From positions 79,360,001 through 79,424,000 of the forward strand of contig NC_091478.1 in NCBI RefSeq assembly GCF_036971445.1: a stretch of DNA of 64,000 nucleotides. The letters are read 5' to 3'. A program made the position numbers and the translations under genes. Position 1 is the stretch's first letter, and each line of letters opens with the position of its first letter. The DNA is from Narcine bancroftii (Eukaryota). Below the pieces are notes generated by a model, which was not told the DNA's origin, searched no databases, and saw only the letters and a list, made by a program, of their open reading frames with translations. Below are positions 62,470-64,000 of the stretch, in pieces.

Positions 62470-64000
62470 TTTTTTTTAATTTTTTATTTTTCACACCATA
62501 AATCACATTAGCCATGATATACACTATTTCTTTTTCACACATATACAGTGACTTTTTCTCCCCCCCCCTTTCCTCCCAAACCACCCCCCACCCCCCCCCT
62601 CTCATCCATTTTAGGTATACAATCTAGGTTGCATTAAGCCAGTCAGACAATGTTGTCATTCAACAAAATTACACCAGAAATTCTACTGAGTCCATTCTTT
62701 TCTTTCCTTCTCCTTCCATCAACTTAGGTACTGTTTGTCCCTGGTAGGTTTTCGCTATTGTATTTAATGTAAGGCTCCTATACTTGCTCGAATATTTCAA
62801 TATTATTTCTTAACCTATCTGTTATTTTTTCTAATGGAATACATTTATTCATTTAAATTTAGTAGTTTCTTCCTTTTAATTTGGTTATGTATTCCATTAA
62901 TATTTAAAGACATATAGTTCAGCGTAGCCCTTTTATATTTTGTTTATCTTCTCTTTCCTTTTTTCCATCATTACCTTTCCTCCTTTTCCATTTCTGTTTT
63001 CTTATTTTCAACTCTTTATAAGACAACATTCCTACAACATCCAACATTTTCCTTATTCTCCTATTTCTATCTTATTTATCCCCAATCTCCCCTTCACCTC
63101 CTGAGTTGTCCTTTATCCCTTGTCGGACAACCACATCTCCCCTCTCCATTTGGATTTGCGAATCCACTCGCAAGCGTCAACTGATTTTGCAGTGACCGCT
63201 ATTTCCCCCCACCCCGCCTCCCCCAGAAAAGATTTCACTTTTCATATGTCACAAAGGTCCCTCTTTTAATTCCCTCCTTATTCTCTCTATTCCATTACCT
63301 TCCCTTATTAATTCTTGTCTATACTATCTATATTTTCCTCTAAGTACAGATACATTTATGTATGCTCATTGTCTCTATTCACTCTTATACCTCTTTACCC
63401 GCATACATATCAATCGTGATCATTTTTACTCTCATTACCCGTCTTCATCCCTCAGTCTATTTTTGTCTTTACCCACATACATATCAATCGTGATCATTTT
63501 AACTCTCATTACCCGTCTTCCTCCCTCAGTCTATTTTTGTAATTGTTCTGCAAATTTTCGTGCTTCTTCTGGATCCGAGAATAGTCTGTTTTGTTGTCCT
63601 GGAATAAATATTTTCAATACCGCTGGATGCTTTAGTATAAATTTATACCCTTTCTTCCATAAAATCGCCTTTGCTGTATTGAACTCTTTTCTCTTCTTTA
63701 GGAGTTCAAAACTTATATCTGGATAAATGAAGATTTTTTGCCCTTTATACTCCAGTGGTTTGTTGCCCTCTCTTACTTTTTCCATTGTCTTCTCCAGTAC
63801 CTTTTCTCTTGTAGTATATCTTAGGAATTTTACTACAATAGATCTTGGTTTTTGTTGTGGTTGTGGTTTAGAGGCCAATACTCTATGTGCCCTTTCTATT
63901 TCCATTTCATGCTGTAGTTCTGGACATCCTAGGGTCTTAAGGATCCATTCTTTTATAAACTCCCTCATATTCTTGCCTTCTTCATCTTCCTTAAGGCCCA
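62470..64000 (-). mobile_element. Non-autonomous L1 derivative (HAL1-like): ORF1 open, ORF2 almost entirely deleted; extends past the right edge
   Basis: L1 ORF1p RRM/CTD motifs EIERAHR, PRSIVVKF and IYPDIS (stop at 63531); ORF2 N- and C-terminal stubs joined at about 62855; 3' UTR and A tail ending at 62470. Confidence 0.88.
63392..63540. repeat. 74-bp tandem duplication spanning the ORF1 stop codon
   Basis: tctttaccc(g/a)catacatatcaatcgtgatcatttt... at 63392 and 63466, with few mismatches. Confidence 0.9.

Overview
Vertebrate genomic DNA. It is AT-rich and repeat-dense, and its CR1/RTE/Rex1/Penelope/L1/V-SINE landscape suggests a cartilaginous fish (inference). Three genes are present. (1) The 5' half of DUS2 (tRNA dihydrouridine synthase 2) on the minus strand: six coding exons with canonical GT-AG sites at 17942-1256, continuing beyond the left edge. 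(2) The intronless mitochondrial DEAD-box helicase DDX28 on the plus strand (22163-23791), head-to-head with DUS2 across a CpG-island promoter carrying a 38-bp tandem duplication of an NRF1 + E-box module. (3) A galanin receptor type 1-like (probably GALR1b) locus on the minus strand that looks like a unitary pseudogene: exon 1 near 62 kb is frameshifted and truncated, and the last exon near 42 kb is open but altered at conserved residues. Much of the rest is transposable elements. These include a full-length decayed Gypsy element (30461-35825) with no tRNA primer-binding site but an 11-nt leader complementary to its own LTR poly(A) signal, a second fragmented Gypsy element, solo LTRs, an ORF1-only (HAL1-like) L1 derivative, an RTE/HERO junction, and Chapaev-, hAT- and Harbinger-like MITEs. 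There is a 130-N gap at 48190-48319. Repeat boundaries were read by eye and are approximate unless terminal motifs are given.
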